Shown one piece after another: positions 40,904 to 53,014 of a DNA stretch of 64,000 nt. A model generated the notes under the pieces. It worked only from the letters and a program-made list of their open reading frames with translations. It ran no database searches and had not been told where the DNA came from. A program made the position numbers and the translations under genes. How positions within the stretch are numbered: the first letter of the stretch is position 1; each line of letters starts with the position of its first letter. Source of the stretch: an uncultured Acidobacteriota bacterium (GTDB taxonomy: Bacteria; Acidobacteriota; Thermoanaerobaculia; UBA5066); contig CAVZYA010000001.1 of the NCBI GenBank assembly GCA_963779415.1, positions 960,001 to 1,024,000 of the forward strand, given 5' to 3'.

Positions 40904-43103
40904 CTCGGGCGTTGAAGAACTTCTTGCCCGTGCGGGCGAGGTCTGAAAGGAGCGGGGCGGGGGCGAAGCGCGGCCCCTTCTCGGCCACGAGCTTCAGGAG
41001 CCCGTCGACGATCGCGCTCGCGCCGACCGAGTCGGCGTACGCGCAGAGCCCGCCGCGAAACGGCGGGAACCCGGTCCCGAAGATCATCGCGAGGTCAAGC
41101 TTCGCCGGGCTCTCGACGACTCCCTCGGCGAGGCAGAAGGCCGCCTCGTTCACCATCGGGAAGAGAAGACGTCGTTCGATCTCCGAAGAGGAGGGACTCC
41201 TGGAAGGCGAAGAAAGGCCCAGCTCGCCGTAGAGCGCGGGATCGGGGCCGCTCCGTTTCTCTCCCTCGTAGGAATAGAAGCCCTTTCCCGACTTGCGGCC
41301 GAGCCTCCTGGCGGCGACCATCTTCTCGAAGGCCGGGTCGATCGGCATCCGATCCGAAAAGGCGCCGGAGAGCGTTTCGGCTCCCTTCGTGGCCACGTCG
41401 ATCCCCACGTCGTCCAGGAGCTCGAAGGGGCCGACCGGCATGCCGAACGCGCGCATCGCCCTGTCGACGGCGGCCGGGTCGGCGCCTTCCAGAAGGAGCC
41501 GTACGGCCTCCCCCAGATAGGGCGCGAGAATCCGGTTCACGAGGAAGCCCGGGGCGTCCTTCACGACGACCGGTGTCTTCCCCATCCGCTTGGCGAGCTC
41601 GAAGATCGTGGCGGTGACCTCCGGGTCGGTCTTCGCCCCGTAGATCACCTCGACGAGCGGCATCTTGTGGACGGGATTGAAGAAGTGCATCCCGACGACT
41701 CGCTCCGGGTGCGCCGCATCCGCCGCGATCTGAGTGATCGGAAGCGTCGAGGTGTTGGAGGCGAAGATCGCCGAGGGGGGGACGACCGCTTCCCACTCCT
41801 TCAGCACGGCCTTCTTGACGGCCATCTTCTCGAGGACCGCCTCGATCGTGACGTCGCAGCTCTCGAAGCCGGCGTAGTCGAGCGACCCGGAGAGGAGGGA
41901 CATCTTCCCGGCGAACTCCGCGCGCGTCATCCGACGCTTCCGGAGCTTCTCCTTCCAGATCTTCGCGGCCTGGGCGTAGCCGCCGGCGAGGGGCTCGGGC
42001 CTGATGTCCTTCATCCGGGCCGGATGGCCCTTGTCCGCCGCGAGCTGGGCGATGCCGCCCCCCATGACACCCGCGCCGAGGACGCCGATCCTCCGAACGG
42101 GTCGCGGCTTGACGCCCTCACGAACGCCCGTCTCCTTCTTCACCTCTTCCATCCGGAAGAAGAGATTCACGAGGTTCCTCATCGTGGGAGTTCCGGCGAG
42201 CGCCAGGACCCCGGCGACCTCCTCCTCGAGCGCCTGCGCGAGCGGGGCGCCGAAGCCCTTCCGGATCGCCTCGAGCGCCGCGAGCGGAGCCGGATAGTGC
42301 CCCCGGGTCTCCTTGAGGACGGACGCCTTCGCCCTGGAGAAGACGATCCCCTTCCCGACGCCTTCGAGCAGCTTCTCCTGAAGCGTCGCGGCCCGCGCGC
42401 GGACCGGCCCACCGTCCGGGGCGGCGTTCGAGCGCTTGGGCGTTCCGAACTTTCCACGGGCGAACTTCTTTGCTTCCTCGAGGAGGATCGGCCGCGGGAC
42501 GACCTCGTCCACGAGGCCCATCCGCCGGGCGCGCTTTCCGTCGACGCTCTTCCCCGCGAGGATGATGTCGAGGGCCCCCGCCAGTCCGATGACGCGCGGG
42601 AGCCGCGAGCAGCCTCCCCACGCCGGCAGGATTCCGAGCCGGATCTCGGGAAGGCCGATCTGGGTCTTCTTCGAGTCGGACGCGAGGCGCCAGTCCATGG
42701 CGAGGGTCGTCTCGCACCCTCCTCCGAGGCAGGCGCCGTCGACGGCCGCGACCGTCGGGTAGGGGAGGCGCGCGAGCTTTCCGAAGACCTTCTGGCCGAA
42801 CCGGACTCCTTCGGCGACGAGGCTCGCCTCCGCTTTCGCGATCTCGTTCACGTCCGCCCCCGCGATGAAGATGTCGGGCTTGGACGAAACGAGGAGGAGC
42901 GCCTTGATCTCCGTCCGCTTCGCGAGGTCGTCGAGGAAGGCGTCGAACTCGCGGATGACGCCCGCCGAATACTTGTTCACTTTCTCGCCGGGCGTGTCGA
43001 AGAAGACGATTCCCAGCCCGTCGGGCTCGACCGCGAGCCGGAACGAGGGGCCGGCGGCATGGGGGGCGGCGGCCAGCTTCTCTTCGAGGAGCGTCGTCGA
43101 CAT
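40887..43103 (-). CDS. fadJ: Fatty acid oxidation complex alpha subunit (enoyl-CoA hydratase / 3-hydroxyacyl-CoA dehydrogenase)
   Basis: FIAGAD, CLGGG.E, GLPEIRLG, GAGVMGGG, SNTSTL, GMHFFNP. Confidence 0.9.
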   Translation of the reverse strand: MSTTLLEEKLAAAPHAAGPSFRLAVEPDGLGIVFFDTPGEKVNKYSAGVIREFDAFLDDLAKRTEIKALLLVSSKPDIFIAGADVNEIAKAEASLVAEGVRFGQKVFGKLARLPYPTVAAVDGACLGGGCETTLAMDWRLASDSKKTQIGLPEIRLGILPAWGGCSRLPRVIGLAGALDIILAGKSVDGKRARRMGLVDEVVPRPILLEEAKKFARGKFGTPKRSNAAPDGGPVRARAATLQEKLLEGVGKGIVFSRAKASVLKETRGHYPAPLAALEAIRKGFGAPLAQALEEEVAGVLALAGTPTMRNLVNLFFRMEEVKKETGVREGVKPRPVRRIGVLGAGVMGGGIAQLAADKGHPARMKDIRPEPLAGGYAQAAKIWKEKLRKRRMTRAEFAGKMSLLSGSLDYAGFESCDVTIEAVLEKMAVKKAVLKEWEAVVPPSAIFASNTSTLPITQIAADAAHPERVVGMHFFNPVHKMPLVEVIYGAKTDPEVTATIFELAKRMGKTPVVVKDAPGFLVNRILAPYLGEAVRLLLEGADPAAVDRAMRAFGMPVGPFELLDDVGIDVATKGAETLSGAFSDRMPIDPAFEKMVAARRLGRKSGKGFYSYEGEKRSGPDPALYGELGLSSPSRSPSSSEIERRLLFPMVNEAAFCLAEGVVESPAKLDLAMIFGTGFPPFRGGLCAYADSVGASAIVDGLLKLVAEKGPRFAPAPLLSDLARTGKKFFNARDAEGE

Positions 43104-43104
43104 G

Positions 43105-44361
43105 TCAGGCTTTCTCCAGAAGGATCGAGGCTCCCTGCCCTCCCCCGACGCAGAGCGTGGCGAGGCCGCGGGAGACGTTGCGGCGGCGCATCTCGAGGAG
43201 CAGCGTCAGGATGAGGCGCGTCCCCGAGGCGCCGACGGGGTGGCCGAGTGCGATGGCGCCGCCGTTCACGTTCAGGAGGCTCTCGTCGAGGGCGCCGAGG
43301 GCGGCATCCGTCTCGAACGCCCTGAGGTTCGCGAGAACCTGCGCCGCGAAGGCCTCGTTGATCTCGACGAGGCCGATCTCCTTCATCGTCCAGCCCGCCT
43401 TCCGGAGCGCGAAGGGCGTGGAGCGCGAGGGCCCGAGTCCCATCCGTTCCGGCTCGAGCCCGGCGAAGCCCCACCCCGCGATTCGGCCGAGCGGTTTCAG
43501 ACCTCTTTTCGTCACGAAGCTCTCGGAGGCGACGATGACGGCTGCCGCGCCGTCGGTGATCTGCGAGGAGTTGCCCGGGGTAACGCTCCCGTACTTCCGG
43601 TCGAAGAAGGGCTTCAGCCTCGCGAGCGCCTCCATCGTCTGGCCCTCGCGGATGCCGTTGTCGAGCATGGAGACCTTGTCGTAGTTCGGGGGGAGCGGCA
43701 CGGCCACCAGCTCCTCCGCGAGCCGCGCACGCCCCGCCGTCGCGCGCTGGTGCGACCGGAGGGCGAAGGCGTCCTGGCTTTCGCGGGTGATCCCCCCTTC
43801 CTTGGCGAGAATCTCGGCGGTCTCCCCCATGTTCAGGCCGCAGACGGGGTCCGTGAGCCCCTCCTTCAGGCCGATGACGGGGTTGAACAACTGGCCCCAC
43901 GGCATCTTCGTGAAAGCGCCGATCCGCTTCCCGGCGCTCTTCGCCGTCCCCGCCTTCGTGAAGACCGCCTTCACTCCGTCGCGGTAGAGGAACGGGATCT
44001 GCGACATGCTTTCGGTCCCGCCGGCGAGGACGACGTCGGCCTCTCCCGTCTGGATGAGCCGGGCCGCATGGACGACCGAATCGACGCCGGACGCGCAGTT
44101 GCGCGAGACCGAATACGCCGGACGCTCCTTCGGGACCCCGGCGCGAAGGGCGATGACACGGCCGATGTTGGCGGCGTCGACCGGCGTCGCGATGTTGCCG
44201 AAGATCGTCTGCTCGATGTCGGCCGGCTCGAGGCCGGCGCGCGCCATCGCTTCCACCGAGGCCGATCGCCCGAGGTCGACGGCGCTAACGTCCGAAAAGT
44301 CGGTGCCGGCCCGCGTGAACGGGGTGCGGGCGCCGTGGATGACGAAAGCGGAACGGGTCAT
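43105..44361 (-). CDS. fadI: 3-ketoacyl-CoA thiolase
   Basis: Start MTRSAFVIHGARTPF, RNCASG, NEAFAAQ, GHPVGASG, LCVGGGQG. Confidence 0.88.
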   Translation of the reverse strand: MTRSAFVIHGARTPFTRAGTDFSDVSAVDLGRSASVEAMARAGLEPADIEQTIFGNIATPVDAANIGRVIALRAGVPKERPAYSVSRNCASGVDSVVHAARLIQTGEADVVLAGGTESMSQIPFLYRDGVKAVFTKAGTAKSAGKRIGAFTKMPWGQLFNPVIGLKEGLTDPVCGLNMGETAEILAKEGGITRESQDAFALRSHQRATAGRARLAEELVAVPLPPNYDKVSMLDNGIREGQTMEALARLKPFFDRKYGSVTPGNSSQITDGAAAVIVASESFVTKRGLKPLGRIAGWGFAGLEPERMGLGPSRSTPFALRKAGWTMKEIGLVEINEAFAAQVLANLRAFETDAALGALDESLLNVNGGAIALGHPVGASGTRLILTLLLEMRRRNVSRGLATLCVGGGQGASILLEKA

Positions 44362-45130
44362 GCGCGCTTTCTCCTCTCGCGGCCCGGCGGGGCACGGCCG
44401 CGCTTCTTCCTTTTCTTCCGCGCGGGAGGGCGACGGTGGGGGGCCCCGTTGCCCGGGGGAACCGCCGATCGGGTTCCCCCTGTTCATCCTCGGGGGCGAA
44501 GCCCGAAAGGAGCATCCCGACGACCTTTCGCGCGTCCGTCAGGAGAGTCGGCTCTCCCGAGAAGAGCCATTCGGAGACGATCTCGTCGGCCGCGCCGAAG
44601 AGGACCCGGACGGCGAGACGGGGCGAGAGCTGGGCGCGGAACTCGCCGCTCTCGATCCCGTCCTTGAGGACGCCGCCGAGAAGCCGGAAGTAATCGACCA
44701 GCTTCGAGCGGATGACGCGCTGGAGCATCCGCGCGCTCCGCCGGAGCTCGATCTGGAAAAGCGACGCGAGGTCGCGGTCCGACGCGAGGAACGTCAGGTG
44801 GAGGTCGACGAGGCGCGTCAGCCGTTCGGCAGCGGGATCTCCGCTCGCGGCGATCTCCCGCCCCCTCGCAAGGAGCAGGTCCATCTTCTCGTCGAAGACC
44901 GTCGCGAAGAGATGCTCCTTGTTGCGGAAGTAGAGGTAAACCGTCCCCTCCGCCACGTGGGCCTCGGAGGCGATCTCGGCGATCTTGGCGTCGTGGTAGC
45001 CGCGGCGGCCGAAGGTCCGGACGGCGGCATCGAGGATCCGTTGCCGCTTCACCGGGTCCGCGCCGGAGGGCGACATCTCTCGAAGGGAGCCCGCCGAGCT
45101 CTCGTGCGCGACCCCCTGCGGTTCAGGCAT
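44285..45130 (-). CDS. TetR-family fatty acid degradation regulator (B. subtilis FadR/YsiA-like); start and C-terminal tail uncertain
   Basis: RQRILDAAVRTFG...IAEIASEAHVAEGTVYLYFRNKE HTH, FQIELR C-domain. Heads the beta-oxidation operon. Confidence 0.85.
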   Translation of the reverse strand: MPEPQGVAHESSAGSLREMSPSGADPVKRQRILDAAVRTFGRRGYHDAKIAEIASEAHVAEGTVYLYFRNKEHLFATVFDEKMDLLLARGREIAASGDPAAERLTRLVDLHLTFLASDRDLASLFQIELRRSARMLQRVIRSKLVDYFRLLGGVLKDGIESGEFRAQLSPRLAVRVLFGAADEIVSEWLFSGEPTLLTDARKVVGMLLSGFAPEDEQGEPDRRFPRATGPPTVALPRGRKGRSAAVPRRAARGESAHDPFRFRHPRRPHPVHAGRHRLFGR

Positions 45131-45162
45131 ACCGACCCCTGCCATCCGACCCCCTCGGCCCA

Positions 45163-45182
45163 CTGAATGAGCCGTCATTCAG
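45163..45182. promoter_or_regulatory. FadR(YsiA)-type operator palindrome
   Basis: CTGAATGA-gccg-TCATTCAG with perfect 8-bp arms upstream of tetR. Matches the TGAATGA-N4-TCATTCA core known for B. subtilis FadR boxes. Confidence 0.8.
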
Positions 45183-45210
45183 CGTATGCCCCCACGGAGG
45201 CCGATGTCAA
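45181..45210 (-). promoter_or_regulatory. Sigma70-type promoter of the tetR-fadI-fadJ-acyl-CoA dehydrogenase operon
   Basis: TTGACA (45210-45205), N18, TACGCT (45186-45181). The operator abuts the -10 box. Confidence 0.7.
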
Positions 45211-45257
45211 GGCCTCGGACGCTTCACCCCGGAGGGCGCGAGAGGGAAACCGGGCGC

Positions 45258-47049
45258 TCAGCCCGCTTTTTCGACGTACAGGCCGTCGATGATCGCCTTG
45301 TACTTCTGGTCGATGATCCGCCGCTTCACCTTGAGCGTCGGGGTCAGCTCGCCCCCCTCGATCGACAGGTCGGCCGGAAGAACCGCGAACTTGACGATCT
45401 GCTGCTCGTGCGGCTTCTCGGCGTTCCACTCGTCGATCGCCTTCTGGTAGAGATCCCTCACGCGCGGCTCCTCGGCCAGAGACTCGAACGACAGGGATCC
45501 GAGCCCGTTCTGCCCCGCCCAGTCCTTCAGCTTCTCGAAGTTCGGGATGATGAGGCAGGAGAGGTATCGGCGGCGGTCGCCGAGGATGACGGGCAGGGAG
45601 ATGAACGGGTTCCCCTTCAGGAAGCCCTCGATGGGAGCCGGGGCGATGTTCTTGCCGTTGGCGTTGACGATGATCTCCTTCTTCCGGTCCGTGATGGAGA
45701 GGAAGCCGTCCTCGTCGATCCTGCCGATGTCCCCCGTATGGAACCATCCGTCGGCATCGATCGCCTCCTTCGTGGCTTCGGGCTTGTTGAAGTACCCCCT
45801 CATGACGTGCGGTCCGCGCGTCAGGATCTCGCCGTCGGGGGCGATCTTGCACTCGACGCCCGGGAGGATCCGGCCCACCGTGCCGAGCCGCCACGCTGCC
45901 GGATAGTTCACCGCGATGACCGGGCTCGTCTCGGTGAGGCCGTACCCCTCGTAAACCTCTACCCCTGCTGCCCAGAAGAACTCGGCCAGCTCCTTCGAAA
46001 GCGGCGCGCCGCCCGAGATGCAGTAGCGGAACCGCGAGCCGAGCAGGGCCCGGATCTTGTGGAGGACGAGCCGGTCGAGGACGAAGTGCTGGAGAGCGAG
46101 GACGACGTCGGGGGTCTTCTTCTGCGCCCGGAAGGAGAGGACCTGCTTGCCGACGTCGAGCGCCTTCCAGAAGAGCTTCTGGCGGGCCGCCGGCGCCTTC
46201 GAGACGTTGTCCATGACGCGGCCGTAGACCTTCTCGTAGACCCGCGGCACCGCGGCGAAGATGTGCGGGTTCACCTCGCCGAGGTTGTCCCGGAGCTTGT
46301 CGATCGACTCGGCGAAGGCGATCGTCGCGCCGAAGTGGTAGTAGAGGTACTCCGACCATCCGCTCGAGGACGTGCGAGAGCGGCAGGAACGAGAGCGCGA
46401 CGGTCGTGGGGGGAAGCGGCAGCAGCTCCGCGCAGGCGAGGACGTTCGAGACGAAGTTGCTCTGGAGGAGCATGGCCCCCTTCGGCTCCCCCGTCGTTCC
46501 CGACGTGTAGATCAGCGTCGCGAGATCGTCGGGTTTCCGCGCATCGGCCCGCCGGTCGAACGCGGCCGGATCGGCCGCGTGAGCCTTGCGTCCCTCCACG
46601 AGCACCCCTTCGAACGGCTCGGTCCCCTTGACGAACACCTCGTCGAACAGAACGACTCTCTTCAGGGAGGGGCAGGTGCGCCGGGCGTCCAGCACCTTCT
46701 GCGCCTGAACGGCGTTCGAGCAGAAGGCAACGACGGAGCCCGAGTCTCGCAGGAGATACTCCGCCTGCTCCGAGACCATCGTCGGGAAGATCGGGACGAG
46801 GATCGCGCCGTAACACTGACATGCGAAATCGACGATCGCCCACTCCGGCCGGTTCTCCGAAAGAAGCGCGACGCGGTCGCCCGTCTTCGCGCCGAGCCCT
46901 TCCAGCGCCGCGGCGAGCGTCTGCACGCGCTCGATGAACTCCTTCGTCGAGATCGGGTGCCAGGCCCCGTCTTTCTTGTAGAGGAGGAGGTCCGGCTTCT
47001 GGAAGCCCGAGAGATTCCGGAAGATATCGACGAGAGTTCGAGGTGCCAT
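45258..47049 (-). CDS. fadD: Long-chain fatty acid-CoA ligase, one frameshift near 46352
   Basis: YTSGTTGEPKG, LPLSH in ORF 45175..47049. YGLTET, FHTGDIG, DRKKE in ORF 45258..46274. An extra G in ATG GTC G GAG TAC breaks the frame. Confidence 0.87.
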
Positions 47050-47087
47050 AAGTCCCCTCCGACGCGTTCGGGCGTAGCTCTTCTGCG

Positions 47088-47093
47088 ATTATA
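47088..47093 (-). promoter_or_regulatory. Putative -10 box (TATAAT) of fadD
   Basis: Exact TATAAT in the divergent intergenic region. Confidence 0.45.
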
Positions 47094-47133
47094 GGCACGC
47101 CCGAAGCAGCGGGGCGGGAAGGAGATACGTCCG

Positions 47134-47891
47134 ATGACGAGGCGCCTGACACGGCAAAGGGACGCGGAAGCCCGACCGGTCGCGCTTGTGACCGGCAGTG
47201 CGCACCGCCTCGGCCGGGAACTCGCTCTCGGCTTCGGAAGAGCCGGCTACGACGTCGCCGTCCATTTCAGAAGCCAGCAGGAGGACGCCCGAGGAGACCG
47301 GGAGATTGCTCCGAAAGGAGGGGGCGAAGGCAGCCTCTTTCAGAGCGGACCTTGCGCGGGACGGTGCCCCTCTCCTGCTCGTGGAAAAGGTGCTCTGCCT
47401 TCTTCGGCCGTCTCGACGTCCTCGTCCACGCCGCCTCCCCATGGGTGACGAAGGCCATCGCGGACGTCACCGTTGCCGACTGGGAGGCGGCCTTCCGGGT
47501 CGGGCCGAAGGCGGCGTTCTTTCTCGCCCAGGCGGCCGCGCCCTATCTCGCGAAGAGCCTTGGGGCGATCCTCCTGATCTCCGACGTCGCCGCGACGAAA
47601 GCCTGGCCGAACCACGTCCCGCACGCCGCCGCGAAGGCCGCCGTCGACGCGCTCGTCCGGAACCTCGCCGTCGCGCTCGGGCCCTCGATTCGAGTGAACG
47701 GCCTCGCACCAGGCATCGTCCTGCCACCGGCTCAGCTCCCCTCCGACGTCGTGCGGCGCCTCGTCGTCCGAACGCCCCTTCGCCGCCGCGTCGCCGTGGA
47801 AGACCTCGTCTCGATGGCCGTCGCCATGGCGTCGAACCGGTCGATGACCGGACAGGTCGTGGCCGTCGACGCCGGGCGGTCGTGCGTCTGA
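47134..47891 (+). CDS. SDR oxidoreductase, pteridine reductase/FolM-like; two frameshifts (about 47290 and 47392)
   Basis: ALVTGSAHRLG, VAVHF, RLDVLVHAAS, HAAAKAA, RVNGLAPG, TGQVVAVDAG spread across three frames. Confidence 0.75.
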
Positions 47892-47942
47892 AACGGAATG
47901 CTCTTCGTAGAATGGGAAGAGCGCGGGGGGATTCTTCAGAAG

Positions 47943-48951
47943 GTGGGAGAAAAGACGTCGAAGCGCCCGGGAGCCGTTTCTGTCCTTCTTGCGGCTGCCC
48001 TCGGCGTCGCCTCCGGGAGCTGCGGCAGAAAAGCGCTCGACCTCCTCCGCCCGTCCGGCATTCCGAGTCGCGCTCCTGACCCCGGGCCCGATCTCCGACG
48101 CCGGCTGGAATGCCGGCGCGTACGACGGGCTCATGGCCATCGAGAAGGAGCTGGGGGCGAAGGTCTCCCACGTGCAGGTCAGGTCCCCCTCGGAATTCGA
48201 GGAGCAGTTCCGCGCTTACGCGGCCGAAGGCTACGACCTCTGTTTCGGGCACGGCTTCGAGTTCCAGGACGCGGCTGCCCGCGTCGCGGCCGACTACCCG
48301 CGGACCGTCTTCGTGACGACCTCGGGCTCGCGGACGGCCCCGAACCTCGCGCCGATCGTCTTCGAGCTGGAACAGGCGACCTACCTCTGCGGCCTCGTCT
48401 CCGGACGCCTCTCGAAGACCGGTCGCGCCGGAATGGTGGGCGGCGTCGAGCTTCCGTCGATCAAGTCGACGTTCCTCGCGTTCGAGGCGGGAATGAAGGC
48501 CGTGAGGCCCTCGGCCGAGGTCCGCACCGTCTTCACGGGCTCGTTCGAGGACGTCGCTGCGGCCAAGGCGGCCGCGCTCGCGCTCGCCGACCAGAAGTGC
48601 GACTTCCTCTTCCAGAACGCGGACAGCGCCGCCGTCGGCGTCTTCGCGGCGGCGGAGGAGCGGGGGATCCGCGCCTTCGGGTCGAACCGGGATCAGAACG
48701 CCCTCTCCCCCGCCATCCTCGCGTCGGCGGTCATCGACATGCCGCGGGCCTTCGTGGAGACCGCGCGCCGCGTGAAAGAGGGGCGCTTCGATGGCACGCC
48801 GCTCCGATACGGCCTCGCTTCGGGGGTCATCTCCTTCGTCTGGAGCCCGTCGCAGAAGGCGACGGTTCCGGTCGCCGTCCTCGACGAAGTCGCGCGCGTC
48901 GAGGGCGAGATCGCATCCGGGACGAGGAGGGTGCCGCGGGGGAATTTCTGA
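47943..48951 (+). CDS. BMP-family ABC substrate-binding lipoprotein (nucleoside type); frameshift near 48030
   Basis: Lipobox-like SGSC in frame 47898. GPISDAGWN, GHGFEF, TGSFED in frame 47989. Confidence 0.82.
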
Positions 48952-48987
48952 GAGGATGACGGGAGCGGCGGCCACGGTGCCTCTGGC

Positions 48988-50603
<1,616 letters not shown>

Positions 50604-50607
<4 letters not shown>

Positions 50608-51623
50608 GCCTCGCCTCGCCCCGACGCGCCGTCCGGGCCGCGGCTCTCGGCGCAGGGCTCCTCGCGCTCCTCGCAGCCCTCGTCCTGATCGCCGGCGCAT
50701 CGCCCGCAGCGGCTCTCGCCGCCCTCGTCCGGGGATCGGCCGGCTCTCCGGCGGCGCTCGGAGAGACGTTGACGCGCGCAACGTCACTCGTCCTTTGCGC
50801 CTCCGGGGCGGTCCTCGCCCTCCGCGCCGGCGTCCTGAACATCGGGCTCGACGGGCAGCTCCTCGCGGGGGCCGCTGCGGCCGCGGCGGCAGGATCGCTC
50901 TTCCCGGAGGCGCCTGCCACCGCCCGTCTGACGATTCTCGTCGCGGCCGCAACCGCCGGGGCTCTCTTCGCCGCCCCCGCGGCGTGGCTCGCGGAGCGAC
51001 GGGGCGTTCCGCCCGTCCTGTCGACGCTTCTCCTCAATCTCATCGCGGCCGCGGCCGTGACCTGGCTCGTACGGGGTCCACTTCAGGATCCGTCGGCCGA
51101 CTACCCGCAGAGCCGCCCGCTCCCGGCCGCGGTGCGCCTCGCCCCTCTCGCTCCCGGCTTCCGGACGACGGCGGCGTTCCCCCTCTCCCTTCTCGCCGCG
51201 GCGGGTGTGGGCGTCTTCCTTTCCCGTACACCCGCGGGGCTGAAGCTCCGGGCCGCCGGCGCCGCGCCGGCGGCGGCGCGCGCCATCGGCATCTCGGACG
51301 TCCCTCTTCGTGCGGGGGCCTTCCTCGGATCGGCCGCTCTTGCGGGCCTCGCGGGAGGCCTCGAAGTGGCAGCCGTGACGGGACGGCTCTTCGATCCGTT
51401 CGGCTCGGGAGTCGGCTATCTCGGCATCGCGGCCGCGCTCCTCGGCGGATCGGGCGCGGGGGGAGCCGTCGTCGCGGCTCTCTTCTTTGCCGCGCTCGGC
51501 GCCGGCTCCGGCGCGCTCCAGCGGGACATCGGCGTCCCCGCGGCCGTCGCCACCGTCGTCCCGGGTCTTCTGGTCCTCGCCGTCCTGCTCCTCGGGCGGC
51601 GGAGCCCCGGAGAGGCCGGATGA
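50604..51623 (+). CDS. ABC transporter permease
   Basis: RAGVLNIGLDGQ, GYLGIAAALLG, highly hydrophobic. GTGA coupling. Confidence 0.88.
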
Positions 51624-52483
51624 GCGGGTTTCTAGAGATCGCCCTTCTCTTCTCGGCGCCGCTCCTTCTCGCGGCCTGCGGAGAGCTGGTCCTCGAGCGC
51701 GCCGGGTCGATTCAGATCGGCATCGAGGGGACGATGCTGATCGGCGCCTTCTCGGCCTTCGCCGTCGGGTTCCGGACCGGGAGCCCGGCGCTTTCCCTCG
51801 CGGCGGGGGCCGCCGCGGGGCTCCTCGGAGGAGCCGCCTTCGCCGCCGTGGCGGTCGCGGGGCGGGCCGATCCGATCCTCACCGGGACGGCGTGGAACCT
51901 CGTCGCATTCGGCGGCACCGCGTTCGGCTACCAGCTCCTCGCCGGCACGACGGGCGCGGTCCTTCAGGTCGCGACGCTCTCCCGAGGGTTCCTCGGGCTC
52001 GACGGGGCCCTTCTCGCGGTCTTCGCGCTTCCGGTCGCCGTCCAGCTCGGTCTCCGCGTCACGCGGCCGGGCCTGCGCCTCGCCGCCGCCGGAGAGAATC
52101 CGGCCGCCCTCCACTCGCAGGGAATCTCGGTCGTCGCGGTCCGGACGGGGGCGTCGCTCTTTTCGGGAGTGACGGCGGGGCTCGCCGGGGCGCTCCTCGT
52201 CGTGACCGTTTCGCCGACGTTCGTCGAAGGGATGACCGCGGGCCGCGGCTTCCTCGCGCTCGCCGTCGTGGTCTTCGCGCGGTGGAAGCCGCTCCGCCTC
52301 CTTCCGACCTCTCTCCTGATCGGCGCCGCGTCGGCCCTTCAGGTACGCCTGCAGGCCGCGGGGTCGTCGGCCATCCCGTACGCGTTCTTCGTCGCGCTTC
52401 CCGCCCTTCTCGCGCTCTCTGCTCTCGCGATCTCGCCCGGGCGGGGCGGGGCGCCGAAGGCCCTGGGAGCCCCGGCGCCCTGA
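51620..52483 (+). CDS. ABC transporter permease 2
   Basis: MSGFLE...ERAGSIQIGIEG, AGENP, AGRGFLALA. ATGA coupling. Confidence 0.88.
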   Translation: MSGFLEIALLFSAPLLLAACGELVLERAGSIQIGIEGTMLIGAFSAFAVGFRTGSPALSLAAGAAAGLLGGAAFAAVAVAGRADPILTGTAWNLVAFGGTAFGYQLLAGTTGAVLQVATLSRGFLGLDGALLAVFALPVAVQLGLRVTRPGLRLAAAGENPAALHSQGISVVAVRTGASLFSGVTAGLAGALLVVTVSPTFVEGMTAGRGFLALAVVVFARWKPLRLLPTSLLIGAASALQVRLQAAGSSAIPYAFFVALPALLALSALAISPGRGGAPKALGAPAP

Positions 52484-52492
52484 CCTCCCGCC

Positions 52493-52996
52493 CTATTCGT
52501 CAGAGCCGGGCGGGGGCTGGGGGGCCGGGGGACGCGGGTCAGGCCCTCCGCGATACTCCCCGCGCACCCGGTCGCGCCTCTCCTGCCGCCACTGATCGCG
52601 GCGCTCGAGCAGCTGTTTCCATTGCGCATCGGTCAGGACGCCGCGCATGTCGAGCACCATCATCGACACGGCCTTCCGGAGCTTCGAGCGGGACTGCCCG
52701 AGGGCGTCGACGGCGGCCTCGACTTTCTTCGGGTCGCTGTTCTTCTTCGCCATCAGATCATCCACGTCGAGCTGCTTCTTCTCGATGTCGGCCTTCAGGT
52801 CGACGAATTCGCGCCGGTTCTTCTGGAGGATCTGGTCCAGCTTGTCCTGCTGCTCGGCCGTGAGGTCGAGCGTTTTGACGACCGCCGGGCGCTTCCACCA
52901 CTTCCCGATCGGGACGTCGGACATCTGGGCCATCGCCAGGCCGGAGGTCAGGGCCGCTGCCGAAAGGAGGGAGAGAACCGGAATTCCTGCGCGCAT
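52493..52996 (-). CDS. Spy/CpxP/ZraP-like periplasmic protein
   Basis: Signal peptide, LDLTAEQ and VLTDAQ motifs, coiled coil. Confidence 0.72.
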   Translation of the reverse strand: MRAGIPVLSLLSAAALTSGLAMAQMSDVPIGKWWKRPAVVKTLDLTAEQQDKLDQILQKNRREFVDLKADIEKKQLDVDDLMAKKNSDPKKVEAAVDALGQSRSKLRKAVSMMVLDMRGVLTDAQWKQLLERRDQWRQERRDRVRGEYRGGPDPRPPAPQPPPGSDE

Positions 52997-53014
52997 CGAA
53001 ATCTCCTCGGGCTT

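Noticed and set aside
38660-48035. Programmed frameshifting or phase variation in the MBL hydrolase, fadD, SDR and BMP genes
   Set aside because: Single-base indels in short runs are scattered through unrelated housekeeping genes. Sequencing error is the simpler explanation, though read data are needed to confirm.
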